Assembly: GCF_009834535.1 (NCBI RefSeq)
Contig: NC_045709.1
Coordinates: 35,154,001 to 35,218,000, forward strand
Direction: 5' to 3'
DNA from: Camelus ferus
Taxonomy: Eukaryota
Length of the DNA stretch: 64,000 nt
The stretch's first letter is position 1, and every line of letters begins with the position of its first letter. Below the pieces are notes generated by a model that worked only from the letters and a program-made list of their open reading frames with translations, did no database searches and was not told the origin of the DNA. Positions 37,094 to 50,369 of the stretch are shown one piece after another. The translations under genes and the position numbers were made by a program.

Positions 37094-39620
37094 AAGAAGA
37101 TTTGGTAAATGCCTCTCATCATAAATGTTTATAAGCCTATATGTTCATATCACATCATGGCAATATTTGGCTTCTCCAAAAAACACCCAGTACCTCTACA
37201 ACCTAATGAACAGTAACTGAATGATCTGGTAACTTAAACTTGGGTCTGAAAGACTGACTATTCATTATCCTCTATCATTGTTCCAACTTCTTGAAAACAT
37301 TTTCAACTAAAATTCAAATGAGACTAGCCTATCAAAATGGCATTTTAACACGCTAACTCAGTGCTAGTAATGCAATCAGGTTACCTGCACTGAACACAAA
37401 ATGCACAAATTCCATGAACATATATGTTTGGAATGACTAGTTTCCATTAAAACTATAATTCAATCTTTTCATTTCTTTTTTAACGAGAGAGCTTTGCTAG
37501 TCCTTCTTGACGAACTCAGCTTTCCATGCTCTTAAGTGGAAAAACACTTGACTGCCTAACCCAGCCCCGGAGGGAAATCATTTACAAGCTGCCCTCCAGC
37601 TGCTTAAGTGTAGCTAAAATAAGCCACGTGTGTTGTACATCACACAGTTGGAGCTGGGGGGAAGAGGAATCACTGGCAAATCAGAATAACGTGTTATCAA
37701 CCTGGAGGAAGCAAAATTAGCCCAAGGAGGGCTGTTCAAAGGATCATCTGCACAGAGAAATTCAAACCACGTGTTGCTTCTTTTCCTGTCTTCCCCCAAC
37801 CCCTACACAGCATGTCATGTGTCAGAAAGATAGCATGTATATTACAAACTGATATTTCTACAAACATCAATCAATGTTCTTCCCTCCAGCACCACAAACT
37901 CCTTCCCACACACGGTTTTTCCATCCATCCCCATTCTACTCAAAGCAAAAAGCAAAGCTCCCCAGCCAAAAAAAAAAAAAAAAAGTCCACAGTCACACAG
38001 ATTTATGGGAGCTGATTTCCATCTACGAGGAGGAATGCTCTCTGGTCAAAGAGCAGAGGTGATGCTGAGGGTAAGGAATAAAAAGTTATACCTAAATGGG
38101 ACGTCAAGGTAGACGGACACCAGGATTTCTTTCTGGAAAGGAGATAGACATTTTTCTGGAAGACAGATTATTTTTCTCCCCAAGGATGAGCCAGTTCTCA
38201 ACAAATCCCTGGTGCTGAGTCACCCATGGGTGAGGACCAGTGCTCCCTCTGGGACCCTGAGCAAATCATCTCCTCTCCCTCTGCCTCAGGCCTCCTCACC
38301 TGTAGAACAAAGGCATGAGACCACCCGAGCCACACACTCCATCAGCATCAATCTGATTCCTACCACATCAGTGGGGATCTCAGAATCCTACCCTCCCTCA
38401 GGGAACTGCCACGCCTGCCCATCCTTGAGTCTAAGGATACCCTTATAAAGGCCCCCAACAGAGCAGGAGGTAAATGTTAACACAAGTCTCTCTTCCCGCC
38501 TCTGTGTTGAACTGACTCTTTGTAACCTGTCTGTGGCCTCGTTTAACACTGCTCTGGCCTGGCCAACCTGGCAAGTAGCAGATTGAAACGTGAATGCCAA
38601 ACACTGGTCAGCTTCTTGGCGGGACAGGTTGATTAGAGGCAGAATGTAGTTTTCATGTGAGAACTCATCACCTTAGGAAAACGTGAAAAAGCAGATCTAG
38701 CTGAAGCACCAGGGATTCTAAGAACGGGGGCCTAAAAAGGCAGGCGGGGAAGGAGGGAGTCCCGGCAGTTTTCAAAGAACAAGCACCGTGGGCAAGCTTG
38801 AGGTTAACACTCATGTTTTGCCTTCATAGGCCGGGGGTTGAGCTGGATTGAGTTCCAGCCCTCTGGGTACCATAACTCTGATCTTTTATCTGCTCGCATC
38901 CTTCATGTGGAAAGCAGTAAATATTTGCAATGGCTGAACTCAACGTGGATGAAGGTGGCCACGCTGGTTTATTTTTAAACGGAACAGAGGAAGGGGAGCA
39001 AAGAGACATTTCAAATGATGCAACGTTTCATCAGTAAATGGGCAACACATGGTGAAGAACATCTTAACATATAAGACAAGGTTTCTATATGTTAAGACAG
39101 ATGAGTGATGAGTAAATAACACACAAAAGAATGTATTTTGCCTTTTCCATTGTGTCCAGAACCACTGGTGGCAACTATGTTAGTATCCAGAGTCATACAT
39201 AAGAATATGGAAAGAAGCCCTGTAATTTATTCAACCAGCTAACACTGGGAACACAAATATTCTTTTGGAGGCAGAAGAGACCAACAATTTCATTAAAACT
39301 AAGAAGCATCCCTTCCCTGCAGCAGGCAGTTAGGCACTCAGAACGCAAGTGGACAATGAAGTAAAAAAAATGAATCATGAAGCTTGATGAGTTTTTTTTA
39401 ATTGCATTTAACCAGCGTAAGGACCGGTTATACTAGAATTTTCCTTGAAACGGGCTGCCCATCTAGCAGATGCAGGAGTTTACACATCTAACAGAGTCCA
39501 CAGCCCCAAGGGTTAAAAGCAGAAAAGACTCCTGAAGGATCAGTTATTCCAATTCCCCCGTTTTATGAGCGCTGGAACTGAGGCTCAGAGGTGTAACCAC
39601 CCCGAGGACACACAGCACTT

Positions 39621-39640
39621 CTCACACACACACACACACA
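39621..39640. repeat. (CA)n microsatellite
   Basis: Directly visible in the sequence. Confidence 0.9.
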
Positions 39641-40794
39641 TGCATATACATGGAGACACATATATCCACCCATGCGTATACACAGACACCCTTTCCAGGT
39701 ATTTTTTAATTTCCCATTTCTGTGGCCCCTGGAACCTTCCCCAGGCCACCTCCCCTCCATCCAACTGGCACCTTTGGTTTGAAGCTTAAGTCAAGCCCCA
39801 GCTCACTTATACCAAGACTCTCCCTCTTTTCTTCTCTCTGTAAAGTGTGCAAGAGGTCAAGTTTTCAAGAAACCTTCTTGGAATATTAATTTTAAAAATG
39901 TAACCCTGCCATTTTTATAATCAAACCCTGTGAAACTAGGTGTAGAGGGTCGTCTGAGCTGACTGTGGCCAGAAACCCTGGGGGTACAAACCTCTGGTCC
40001 CTTGGGCTGAGTCTGGGGGAGGCCTGGCACTGGGGGGCAGGTGGGCATGAAGACAGGCCACACGCAAGCCCCCAAATACGTTTCTAAGACTTGTCATAGA
40101 CTAGCAAAGAGGGCCTGCTGATTAAAAAAAAAAAAACAAAAGCCAGAAATCAAGCACATCTTAAATCCTCAAATCAAACAAACAAAATCACACAAATACA
40201 CATGAAAAATCCTACCAGACAGCACCGTTACTGGGTTGATCTAGAATTTGCCACTTAATCACGAGGGCAAGAAACTAGATCACTGGCGGGGAAGGAGAGC
40301 GGCCCCGTAGGCCGCTGGTTTTCTTCTTTCTCTACCGTCTTTACAACCACGCAGGTTTTTTTCACTTTAACCTGTACTCTTGGAAACTTTACCTTCTTAA
40401 ATTAAAAGATACCTGATTAACATGGCAAATAAGTAAGCAGGAGGTTCAAGTGGCCTAATGCGTCATCAAGATGTCTTGATGCATCTTGACACGAAACCAT
40501 TCTGCTTAGTGATTGTATAAACTCAAACTCTTACTGAGCATTTTTAAAGGAAAAAGCATAGTGAGACTAGGAGGCCTTCACAACCTGCTTGTATCAGGTC
40601 CTGGTCATTAGGTCAAAAATGAGTAAAACATCAGGATTTGATAGATGAAAAGTTATAGCTTGGATATCTTCATCGTGGTCCATGCATCAATTACAGTTTC
40701 ACTTTTTAAAGGAGGCGAACAGGTATATAAAGAGCAGGAAGATGGCAGGGGAGGATGAGAAGGTGATGGAAAACAGAAGGGGACCAAAAAAAGT

Positions 40795-40900
40795 GTATTT
40801 TTTTTAATGTATAGTCAGTTACAATGTGTCAGTTTCTGGTGTAAGCATAATGTCCCAGTCATGCATATATATATACATACACATATACTCATTTTCATTT
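40795..40900 (-). mobile_element. L1 3' tip (artiodactyl-type)
   Basis: tttttaatgtatagtcagttacaatgtgtcagtttctggtgtaagcataatgtcccagtcatgcatatat. Confidence 0.8.
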
Positions 40901-41354
40901 TTTCTGTTTTTTAATTTGACATGATTAGACTGTGTCAGTTAGAAAGATTAGCAAATCCTATCACACTCTCCCTCCCTCTTCATAAAATCTTACCATGTCT
41001 GAAAACTTCCAGAACACTGCCAAGGCCAGTGGTGTTCTAAGCACACAGATGGTAAGTCTATCTCCAAAAAAGCTTGAAGAATTTGAGAAGAATAAATATT
41101 GTATTTTTTAAGCAAAAAATCTTCCTTTGTATTCAGTGATGGTAAGGAGTTTCTGTTAAGTATTTTAGGTGTGATAATGGTATAGTAATTAGGTTGGAAA
41201 AAAAAACTTGATCTTTTATGAGATACACAGTAAAATGTTTATCATTGAAACCTAAAGTTTCCTTCTGAAAGCAAAACTTCCCAGGGGTGAATGATGCCCA
41301 CATACACAAAAAAATTTTTTTAATTATGATCCATCATTCTTTTTATCATTTCAT

Positions 41355-41635
41355 TTCCTTTTTTAAGAATTTGTGGTGCGGTTACATAACACAAAGTTTA
41401 CCATTTTGGGGTGGACGGTTCGGTGGCGTTATTAAGCATATTCTCATGGTTACGCAAGCATCATCACCATACACCTCCAGAACTTCTTTCATCTTGCAGA
41501 ACTGGACCCGTGTCTCCATTAATCACTAACTCCCCATCCCCGCCTCCCTCCAGTCCCCTGGCAACCACCCTTCTACGCCGTCTCTACCAAGCCAACATCT
41601 CAATGAGCTCCCATGGTTTCACGAATTGTGAATAA
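41355..41635 (-). mobile_element. L1MB/MC-like 3' end
   Basis: acataacacaaagtttaccatttt...catcaccatacacctccagaacttctttcatcttgcagaactg...cccctggcaaccacccttctac. Confidence 0.85.
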
Positions 41636-43244
41636 TACAAAAAAAAAAAAACCCAAACCCTCAGATTTCAAATACTGATTCATTATTTAAGCTATAGTAT
41701 AATATAGGTATTCAATTTTATTTGCAATAAAAATACTTAACAACTTTTTAATAGTTATGTAGAATTCTGCATATGAATATACAATCATTGGAGTGGACTT
41801 AAGGTTTTATTTTATTATTAACATCACCTCCATGAACATCTTTCCACGGGCTTCTTCCTTCTAGTAGTTCTGTGAGAGCATTCTAGACTCTAGAGAGCAA
41901 AGCGATGCACATTTCTAAGATTTCTGACCTGTTGCCAAATTGCCCTCCAAAAGGGTTGTTGCTTTACGTTTTAATGATGCACCTAATATTCAAATAGATG
42001 GCTCTGAACTTTAGGGGTGGAAAGAAGGCTCATTAATACTCAAACAATGGTCTACAGTTCCCACTAAATGTTTCTAACGCACATCCTTTTCCCGTGGTTA
42101 TAACAGATCTTTCCCTCGTGCTCTCTGCCTGATGGATGGTTTAAGAAATCTACAAACATCATGAACAGTCATGAGCTAGGAATCAGATTTTCTGAAGAGT
42201 ACTTTTTCTATTAGGTAGAAGATATGATATCACCTTTACTAACTATGAAAGAAATTTGCTATGGAAGACTGTAAAAGAAGCAATAAACAAAAGACATTTC
42301 CATCTTATTACCAAGATTTTTCAAAACCCATCCATGAAAGGCAATTCAATTAAAATGAGTACTGTTTCATATTTTAAACCTATCAGCCAAACAATATTTT
42401 ATGATACTGCAACTTCTTTTGCATTCATAAGAAATCTGCAAAAATCAACATTTCCTACACTTTAATTTTATTTACTGAGCTTATCTGGGGTGGCCAAAGG
42501 GGGCTGGAAGAGACTCCCCTCGCCTGCTTCCTCTTACTCACTCAAAATCTCATTTCTCAAATGAAGCTAAACCCTCTGGTTTTGGAAACTCATTGTTTCA
42601 AAAAATTTCTTCTAGACCTAAAAATGTCTTCCTTTGCTTCTCAATGCAAACAATCTTTTTACAAAGAGAGTGCCACAAAAGGAACTTTGTACTAAATGCA
42701 TCTTTTTCTTTGCCCCCACAGTGGCCACGTCAGCAGCCTTTCTCCGCGAAGTGATTCCTGAAAATCCCATGGTTACTTTTCCCATTTCCCCACTGCCATC
42801 GGTTACCCTAACATATGTTCTCATTTATAGAATCATGGATACTCTCTAGACAGTCAGTCTGTTGAAAAAAAAAATTAATCCCAGCGGTGAGCTTAAGATC
42901 CTGAACACTCAGCAATTTCTGGTGGATTCATGGAAAGGCCATTTATGCTGAGGCTGAATCTGAATGTATAAACAGCTGACTGGAGCTAAACCATTATGCA
43001 TTTGGCTTATTTGGCTTAAATCTCATTCTGCATTTAGAGCAACAGAGGCAGAAGAATACATTTCTCATTAATAGATTTAATACAAATACAACAGACAAAA
43101 TGCTGACGACAGCTTCGTGTTCAAGCACCGAGAGAGAACACCTCCTTTATACTGAGCATCTTCTCGGTACCCAGAATTGGCTAATCATTTCACACGAGCC
43201 ACCTAGTCCCTCTGCAGGCACCACTGTTAGCTCAAAAGTCGACA

Positions 43245-44085
43245 GCTAGTATTCTCATCCACCTTTTACAATGGATGTAACTGAGACTCACCAGCGTGAA
43301 GGAGGTTGTTCAGAATCACAGCTATGAAGAGTGGAGCTAAGGTTCGAACACTCATCTCTTGCTCCAAACCCAAAATGTAAGATGCCACAGACTCCAATGA
43401 TGACACATGTTAGCGTGCCATTTCATGGTGGCTGTTTGAGGACAAGGCAGGAGGACACAGTGCTTTTCAGGGACGCCACTCGTATCATCACTGCCCAGAA
43501 ACTCAGGGGTCCCCATAACAACAGGTGAGTGAGTGGAGTTGTTCCCAGAACACAAGTGGAATGATCACATGAACAAAAGTATTAAGTGCTGTTTTCAAAG
43601 CTGTGCATAACCGTGATGAGCCCCAGTCTGTGTTGTGAAGAATGAGACAAAACCATCAATTTGTTCCATATCCCTCATCCAAAGTGTGCATGCATGCTCT
43701 CACGTGACGGTGAGTTCAGACCTCAAACCCAGAAATTCTGCCTGTACTCATTACAGCAAACCTAAAACTGAGTGCATGGCCCAGTTTACCCAAAAATCTG
43801 CTGTAAACTGAGGCAGGACTGAAATCAAAAGGTAAGAGCAAAGCACACCTGGGTTTGAAACTGAGCTCAACATTTCCTGGTTATGTGACCTCGGGCGGAA
43901 ACAGCAACTCCAGCCACAGCCTGCACTACTGTGAAAGCTACATGTCACTACAACACACATTACACATCGTTTAATCCTCACCCTTTGAGGTGAGTACTAT
44001 TATCCTCGTTTTACAAAATCCAGGTCACAGTTAAACAGTGGCAGAAGCAGGATTTGAATCCAGTTTTTGTCTCACATCAAATCTT
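43245..44085. mobile_element. MIR fragments (at least three, both orientations)
   Basis: ttttacaatggatgtaactgagactc; ctgggtttgaaactgagctc; aatcctcaccctttgaggtgagtactattatcctcgttttac...gcaggatttgaatcc. Confidence 0.65.
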
Positions 44086-45639
44086 TGACTTCAATCTCAG
44101 TTTTTTCACTGATAAGTCACATCGCAATACCCAGCTCAAGAGGGTTGCTATGGTCACTTCCCAAGACAGCGGCCAAGAAGTCCTCTGCAGCAACACACCG
44201 TCGACAGTAGCTACTGATGTTTTTTTTCAGCATCACCACCACCACCATCACCGGGTTATAGAGGCTAGGAGTCTCCACTGAGGGCCACGGCCAATAAAAT
44301 TTAACAACATTCCTTAATGCTTCACATCACTTTATCTCCCCAAGCACCCTTTTCAAAGCTTAGAAACTTTACATTTTCCCTTGCTGAACAAACTTGGCTT
44401 AAGAATCACTTCTGCTTCCGCCTAAATCAACATACAGCTATGAATTCATCCCACTCCACACACTTGCAGCGTCAGTGCCAACCTTTGGAATTCTACCTCC
44501 TCTTCACCAAGTAGCTGGTGTTCTTTTGATAAAAGCTACTTTAAAATCTCAAGGGTCCAATGCTTGCCAAAATCAAGTTGAAAAACGGTGTCAAACAATT
44601 TGGAAGGGTTCTAAAAATAATACCCTGAGACTCTGAGGCTTTTATATATTCCTCTGAAGTATAAATTATCACCATGGCTCACAGAGTCGTGGACTTGAAT
44701 ATGAGAGTGGGCTTAACAGATAACTTTCTTTAAAAATTATCACTGGATGCTGTCTTTAATACTGACTTACACACAATTTCAGACCCTCAAGAGGCAAAGG
44801 CAACTAATTGGGTTGAGATGAAAGATAAAAGTCTTCAAAAGTGTTGCAAGTACAAAGTACAGAAGCGTCTGGTGGTTTTGGAGGGCACAATCTGCAGCAG
44901 CTTGTGAACACGGAGGTACCGAGCATTCTGTGGTACCCAAGAGACCAAGCCGACCTGTCTGCCATCACAGCTCTCTTGCACATCTGCTGGGTACCAACAG
45001 CTTGCCTATGGACTCATGTCAAAGTCACGTGATAAAATCACCACCATGTCCCTATATGTGTGCATGCCTGAGGGTGGTGTGGTGGGGAAGTGGGTCAGGA
45101 GAGTCTCCAAACATCAAATCCTAGATACTACTCTTGGGAAATGCCATCTTTTGGAAAGTAAACAAAAGTTCAGGTCATGAACCTTAGACTGAGTCTACTA
45201 ACCCCCATCTGGATATCAACTAGATAAGGGCCACATTTGGAATCTGAAGTTACTGGGTGATACTGCATAAACCAATTTTCTTTCAGCTCTATTCTCACAC
45301 TGAATCATCAAGAAGTTTGGACAGACCAAAATTATGTTCCAGCAAGTATTCTGAAAAATTTTCCTGACAATCAAGTTACTCTTAACTTTCTTATTCTAAT
45401 AGTATACAGACTATTAACATTAAAATACAGATACAATTAACAACACAATTATCCCAATCTAGTCTGTTTTCTCAGTTGATCAGGAACCTTATATTACATT
45501 GAATAACACTAATGTGTGAATCTGAGGGCTTTCTGTAGTTATTTGTCCTTCTCCCTCCCCAGGAGAGACTTTCTGTTAAGCTGAAGAAAGCACTCTCTCT
45601 CTTGAACAAAACCGCCCTGAGAGTGCCCCATGGTCCAGT

Positions 45640-45780
45640 TGACAGAACCCTGGACAAGGAGGCGGGAGACATAAATTCTGCCCCACTTTGGCCACCATTA
45701 GGTAAATGACCCTGAGTGGACGACTCATCTGTTTGAGCCTCATTTTTCTAGTTTGTAAATGCGCACATGGGACCAGCCGT
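45640..45780 (+). mobile_element. MIR
   Basis: aattctgccccactttggccaccattaggtaaatgaccctgag...gagcctcatttttctagtttgtaaatg. Confidence 0.6.
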
Positions 45781-46681
45781 CCATGTGAATTCATGTTCCA
45801 GTAATAAACTGCAGTATTACCTACCTTTCTTTTATATTTACACACCTTAGTCATAAAATAGAAACTGCAGTTTTTACAAGAAGAAACATTTTCATGTATT
45901 CATTTAGTCCATAAACATCTATTAAGTCCTTGCTATGTGCTCAAGGCTGTGCTTGAGGCTAGGAACAGACCGAAGACCAGAATCCACACAATTCCTTGTC
46001 TCAGACTTAAGTGGGAAAATAGGCATTGAACAAGTAATTTAGAAATCAAGCACTCTATTTTTTTTAGAATTACACACTTGTGTACCAAACCATAAAGAGA
46101 AGCAAAGGAATGATTAACATGAAATTCGGGCTATGATTACTTCTGCAGGTGGGGTGGGGGGCAGCAGTGGTGCGGGGCAGATGGGGAGGGCTCCATTTTA
46201 ACTTGGATGTTTATGTTATTATTCTTTAAACTATTCTTACACATTTTATCCCCTCATTTGGAAATATACTGTATTTCAAAATTTAAAGTTTTAGTAGATT
46301 ACATAAGAAAAAAATAAATCATGGGCAAACCCAAAAGACTGGCATTATAGAACACTTTTTTAGAATCTAAAGTATCCAAAACTTAAATAGTTTCAGATTT
46401 TAGCATAATAGCTTTGATGTGACATTTTAAAGAGCAACAAACTCAGTTCTGTTTTTGGTTTAATCCCAGATTTTTTTCCAAGTGCCAAAGTTTATCCAAT
46501 TGAGTTAATGGACAGCTCCAGTATTCAGTGTTTGGAAGTCATCAGTAAATCTCATAAATAAATTTAAAGTAATGTATTATTTAACACACACAAAAACAAA
46601 CACTCTTCTCTCTTTATCAAGTGACTAGCCATATCTGAGGCTCAAGGGCTTGAAAATTTATAATGACCAGAAATTAGGTTT

Positions 46682-46967
46682 TCACAGACTCACCGACATA
46701 GAAAACAAGCTTATGGTTACCAGGAGGCAAGGGGGAAGGTGGAGGGGGAGGGATAAATCGGGAGTTCAGGATTTGCAGTTACAACAACTATACCAAAAAT
46801 GAACAACAAAGTTATACTGTATAGCACAGAGAACTATATTCAATATCTTATAATAGCCTATAATGAAAAAGAATACAAAAGGAATATATATATATATGTA
46901 TAACTGAATCACTATGCTGCATACCAGAAATTAACACACTGTAAACTGACTATACTTCAATTTTAAA
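46682..46967 (+). mobile_element. 5'-truncated L1 3'UTR
   Basis: cacagactcaccgacatagaaaacaagcttatggttacc...gtaaactgactatacttcaa; TSD aaattaggttt at 46671-46681 and 46968-46978. Confidence 0.93.
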
Positions 46968-47859
46968 AAATTAGGTTTCAAAAAAGGTCAAAACAAACAA
47001 TAAAACTCTACTTAATTTTGAAGACTTCCAAAAGAAACTGGGGAAGGAGCTGTCAAACATCATGTATGTCATCGAAAGGCGAGAGGTGGATAACCAGAGT
47101 GTTCATTTCCCACTGGAATTTCATTTTTTAAACACCACTGCTGGAAACTGTCACTAAGAAGGAGTCCTGGCTCCAGGTTTTCCTTGGTCTTTTCCTTCTC
47201 TAATGCTTAAAGACAGCTATTAACATGGACCCCCCGTGATCTCTCTTTTGTAGACATTCCTCTGGTTACCCTATTGCCTCCCTGAGATGCAGCCCTGTGT
47301 GGCATCAATCATTTAAAACAGCCAAACAATTTATATCTCATCGAAAGACAATAACTTGGGTGGAGAAGATGGGAGGAAACACAAAATTTCTTCTATAAAA
47401 AATATCACTGTCGCCATAAGGAAAAGGTAAGACTGACTAGACCGCAAAGTTCTTTTTAATGGCATACTCCCTGAGCAAAAATGAAGTCCTCTTTAGAAGT
47501 CCTTTTCCTAAATAAAGGGGTCAAAGACTGACCCTTGTCAAAAGCGTTTTATTTATATCACAAATGTCTAAGTTCCTACCATATCAGGTAAAAAAAAAAA
47601 AGTACGACACCATCAGAAATGTCAATTTCTTGTGATGTTTCCAATACATAACAAGGAAGTCTTATGCACGCTTATTTCCAAAGGTGAGGTTGTAACAGTA
47701 AAATCGTTCCATCAAAACATCACCTGATCTGTGCCCATTTTCGTAAAAGATACTTGGAAATTTGGTTACTAGATAGTATTTCAAAACTGTGACACAAAAA
47801 GCAGTTCTTGCTTAATTCACTTCATTGAAACTCAGCAGATTCTCACTCTTTGCTGTAGT

Positions 47860-48450
47860 TATGTTCCATAAAGTTACTGTTGAATTAGGGACCACTGAAC
47901 CACTGCTCCTACAGAGAATACAGGGTTAAGTACCTAAGAGCTTCTGGTCAGAACACGGTCATCAACTGATCAATGCACAACTTTATTTTATGTGCATTTC
48001 TTTTTAAAGACACCATATTTAATACACACTGTTGATTCGTTAATATTAAACTCATGGCCAACAGCTCCATAGTGAAGCTGCCGTAACACATAACATTTTT
48101 CCCCACACGGCACCGTACCTTCTTGTGCTTTGGAACAGGACAGAGGACTTCAGCTCTATACCTGGGGGCCATTTTCAACAGCAAAATGGCCATACAAGAG
48201 CACAGATATGTGGACAGGGTGGCACCGTACAGATCCCTGTTTACAGTGAGAGCTGGAACAAGAAGGCAGGGTGTTGCCTTCTTCAGCCTCAGCTGGCAAC
48301 GTGCTCAGCTGGCAACTCTGACTCGTCCCTGCTCTGCGTGCCCATGAGTGGTCCTGAAAGCACTGCAGGCAGTGATGGGGGGGTTGTCAATCTGAGGACT
48401 GAGTCAGCTCACAAATATGGAATCTGCATATAACGAGGACTGACCGCAGT
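47860..48450. mobile_element. Tigger3/MER82-like TcMar DNA transposon derivative
   Basis: atcaactgatcaat...aaagacaccatatttaata...gggggccattttcaacagc...gtttacagtgagagctggaacaagaaggcag...aaatatggaatctgcatataacgaggactgac. Confidence 0.8.
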
Positions 48451-49959
48451 TCAACCAGCATAGCTTTAATATATTAAAATCTAAAATGTTTCTAAACATT
48501 TTGTTTTGATTAAAAAAAATACACCAGGTGTTTCTTTTCCTAACATGATTTCATCCTATAAAAGGACAGCCTATTCCTTCTATGGCCTTGATAACATACT
48601 ACCTTCAGTGATCCGCAAGTCCTGAGGGAGACACTGCCTGCTAGGCAGGTATCTGCTCACCCACTTCTCCATCCTGTCCTCCTTCAGGCCACTACTGGGT
48701 CTCACTGCATCCAAATACAGTGGGAAGAGCTCAAAACTCACAGAAAAGTTTCAAACAGAACTGGTTTGTTACTCTTCTAGATACTACGTAATCTCTACTT
48801 AACCCCAGCTAGGTATTAGAGAGACGTGAACCTGGTCCATGTCCCGGCACTATAAGCCCCTGTTTACTGGGTTGGGTGTGACCATTGGCCTATTCGGAGC
48901 AATTAGTCCAAGGAAGCTGCCTCTGTGATACTGAAGACATTGAGGATGCTGGTTATTACACTACAAGATGTTCCCTTAAGGGCCCTTGGAGAGGTTCATT
49001 TCTGGTCTTAGTGTCAGAATCTGCGAGTCTTCTGAGAACTAGTGTGTTCTTAGCGTAACATCTGCAGATCAAATTTTCGGATCCACTTTATATCATGCTC
49101 TCAGTCTCCTTTGCCTTGATTTTTTTTAAAACCTACTTTCAGTTTACAATGTCTGCACTCTGATTCTATAGTTACCTTTAATCCTTTGTAAAGTTGGGGG
49201 GATGGTGGCAAATCATCTGACCTCTGCTCTGCCTTAGGAAAGGTTTCTCTGGCTTTTCAGGCCAGCAGAGCCCTGAGCTTATCTTCTTCCTGCCTCTACG
49301 ATTAGTTCACTTCCTCACTCTACATTAGTTCAAGCTGCTCTTGGTGTTTGGTCTGGTCACACACCTGCCAGGATGCTCCATACCGCAGGGCGGTGCGTAG
49401 GGACGGCCCACACCAATCACACTCAGAGTGAGGGTGTCCGTGTTAGTGACCTAGCCTGGTCATGTGATTTTTTTTGAAGCGCAGTTAAAAGAAATCATGT
49501 GGGAACCACAGTGGGTCCAACCATGTCAGCCAGGTGTGTGGATGGCTGCATGTCACTGACTTTGGGAGCAGATGGCACGCATCCCTCCCAGGTGTGGGAA
49601 GGAAAGACTGTCCTCTTGAGAAGGCAGGTGTGCAGGACACAAGGAGCCTCAGCTCTCAGTCCTTTGCAGACAGTGCCCAGACGGGTTCCGGCACAGCTGG
49701 ATACTTCAACCTAATTAACAATTAATGTCCATTTTGGTGCTCTGGTCTAGAAAAGCACTGACAAAGCCTCTATTCACTAAAGCCCTGGGTTCTGAAGTGA
49801 TGTCATTCTGTGTGTTTGCAGTTCAAGTACCTGGTTAAAATTAAACTTTCCTAAATGCCCCCCTTAGAGCATTGTTCCCGTATCTGTTACTAAGGACTTT
49901 GAGCTTTTTAAGTTTTCCATGGGGAAGGCTAGGGAGGGAGGGACGGAATACAGTATATA

Positions 49960-49985
49960 AACACACACACACACACACACACACA
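49960..49985. repeat. (AC)n microsatellite
   Basis: Directly visible in the sequence. Confidence 0.92.
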
Positions 49986-50230
49986 CCCTTACTTTTGAGA
50001 ATTATCTAACCACAACAAAAATTAGTCACCTTTCCTAGACAAGAAAGCTCAAGAATCTCATTTTTAAAAAGTTACAAGAGTAAGACTGAGCTTACTCTCC
50101 TGATCACGCCATAACAATTAACTCATTCCAAAAGTTACGAGAGGAACGGGACGGGTCTTTGTATTTTCTGTGTTACCTGAAATTGTTACTGCCAGGTAAT
50201 CACGTAATTCCTCTGTAATTACCAAGTAAG

Positions 50231-50369
50231 TTTTTTTTCCCCTGGGGAGGAGGTAATTAGATTTATTTGTTTACTTATTTTAATTTTTTTAATGGAGGTA
50301 CTAGGGATTGAATCCAGGACCTCGTGCATGCTAAACAACACGCTCCACCACGGAGCTATATCCTCCTCC
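50231..50369 (-). mobile_element. Vic-1-like SINE, long form
   Basis: Antisense ggaggtactagggattgaatccaggacctcgtgcatgctaa...ccaccacggagctatatcctcc; TSD taagttt. Confidence 0.92.
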
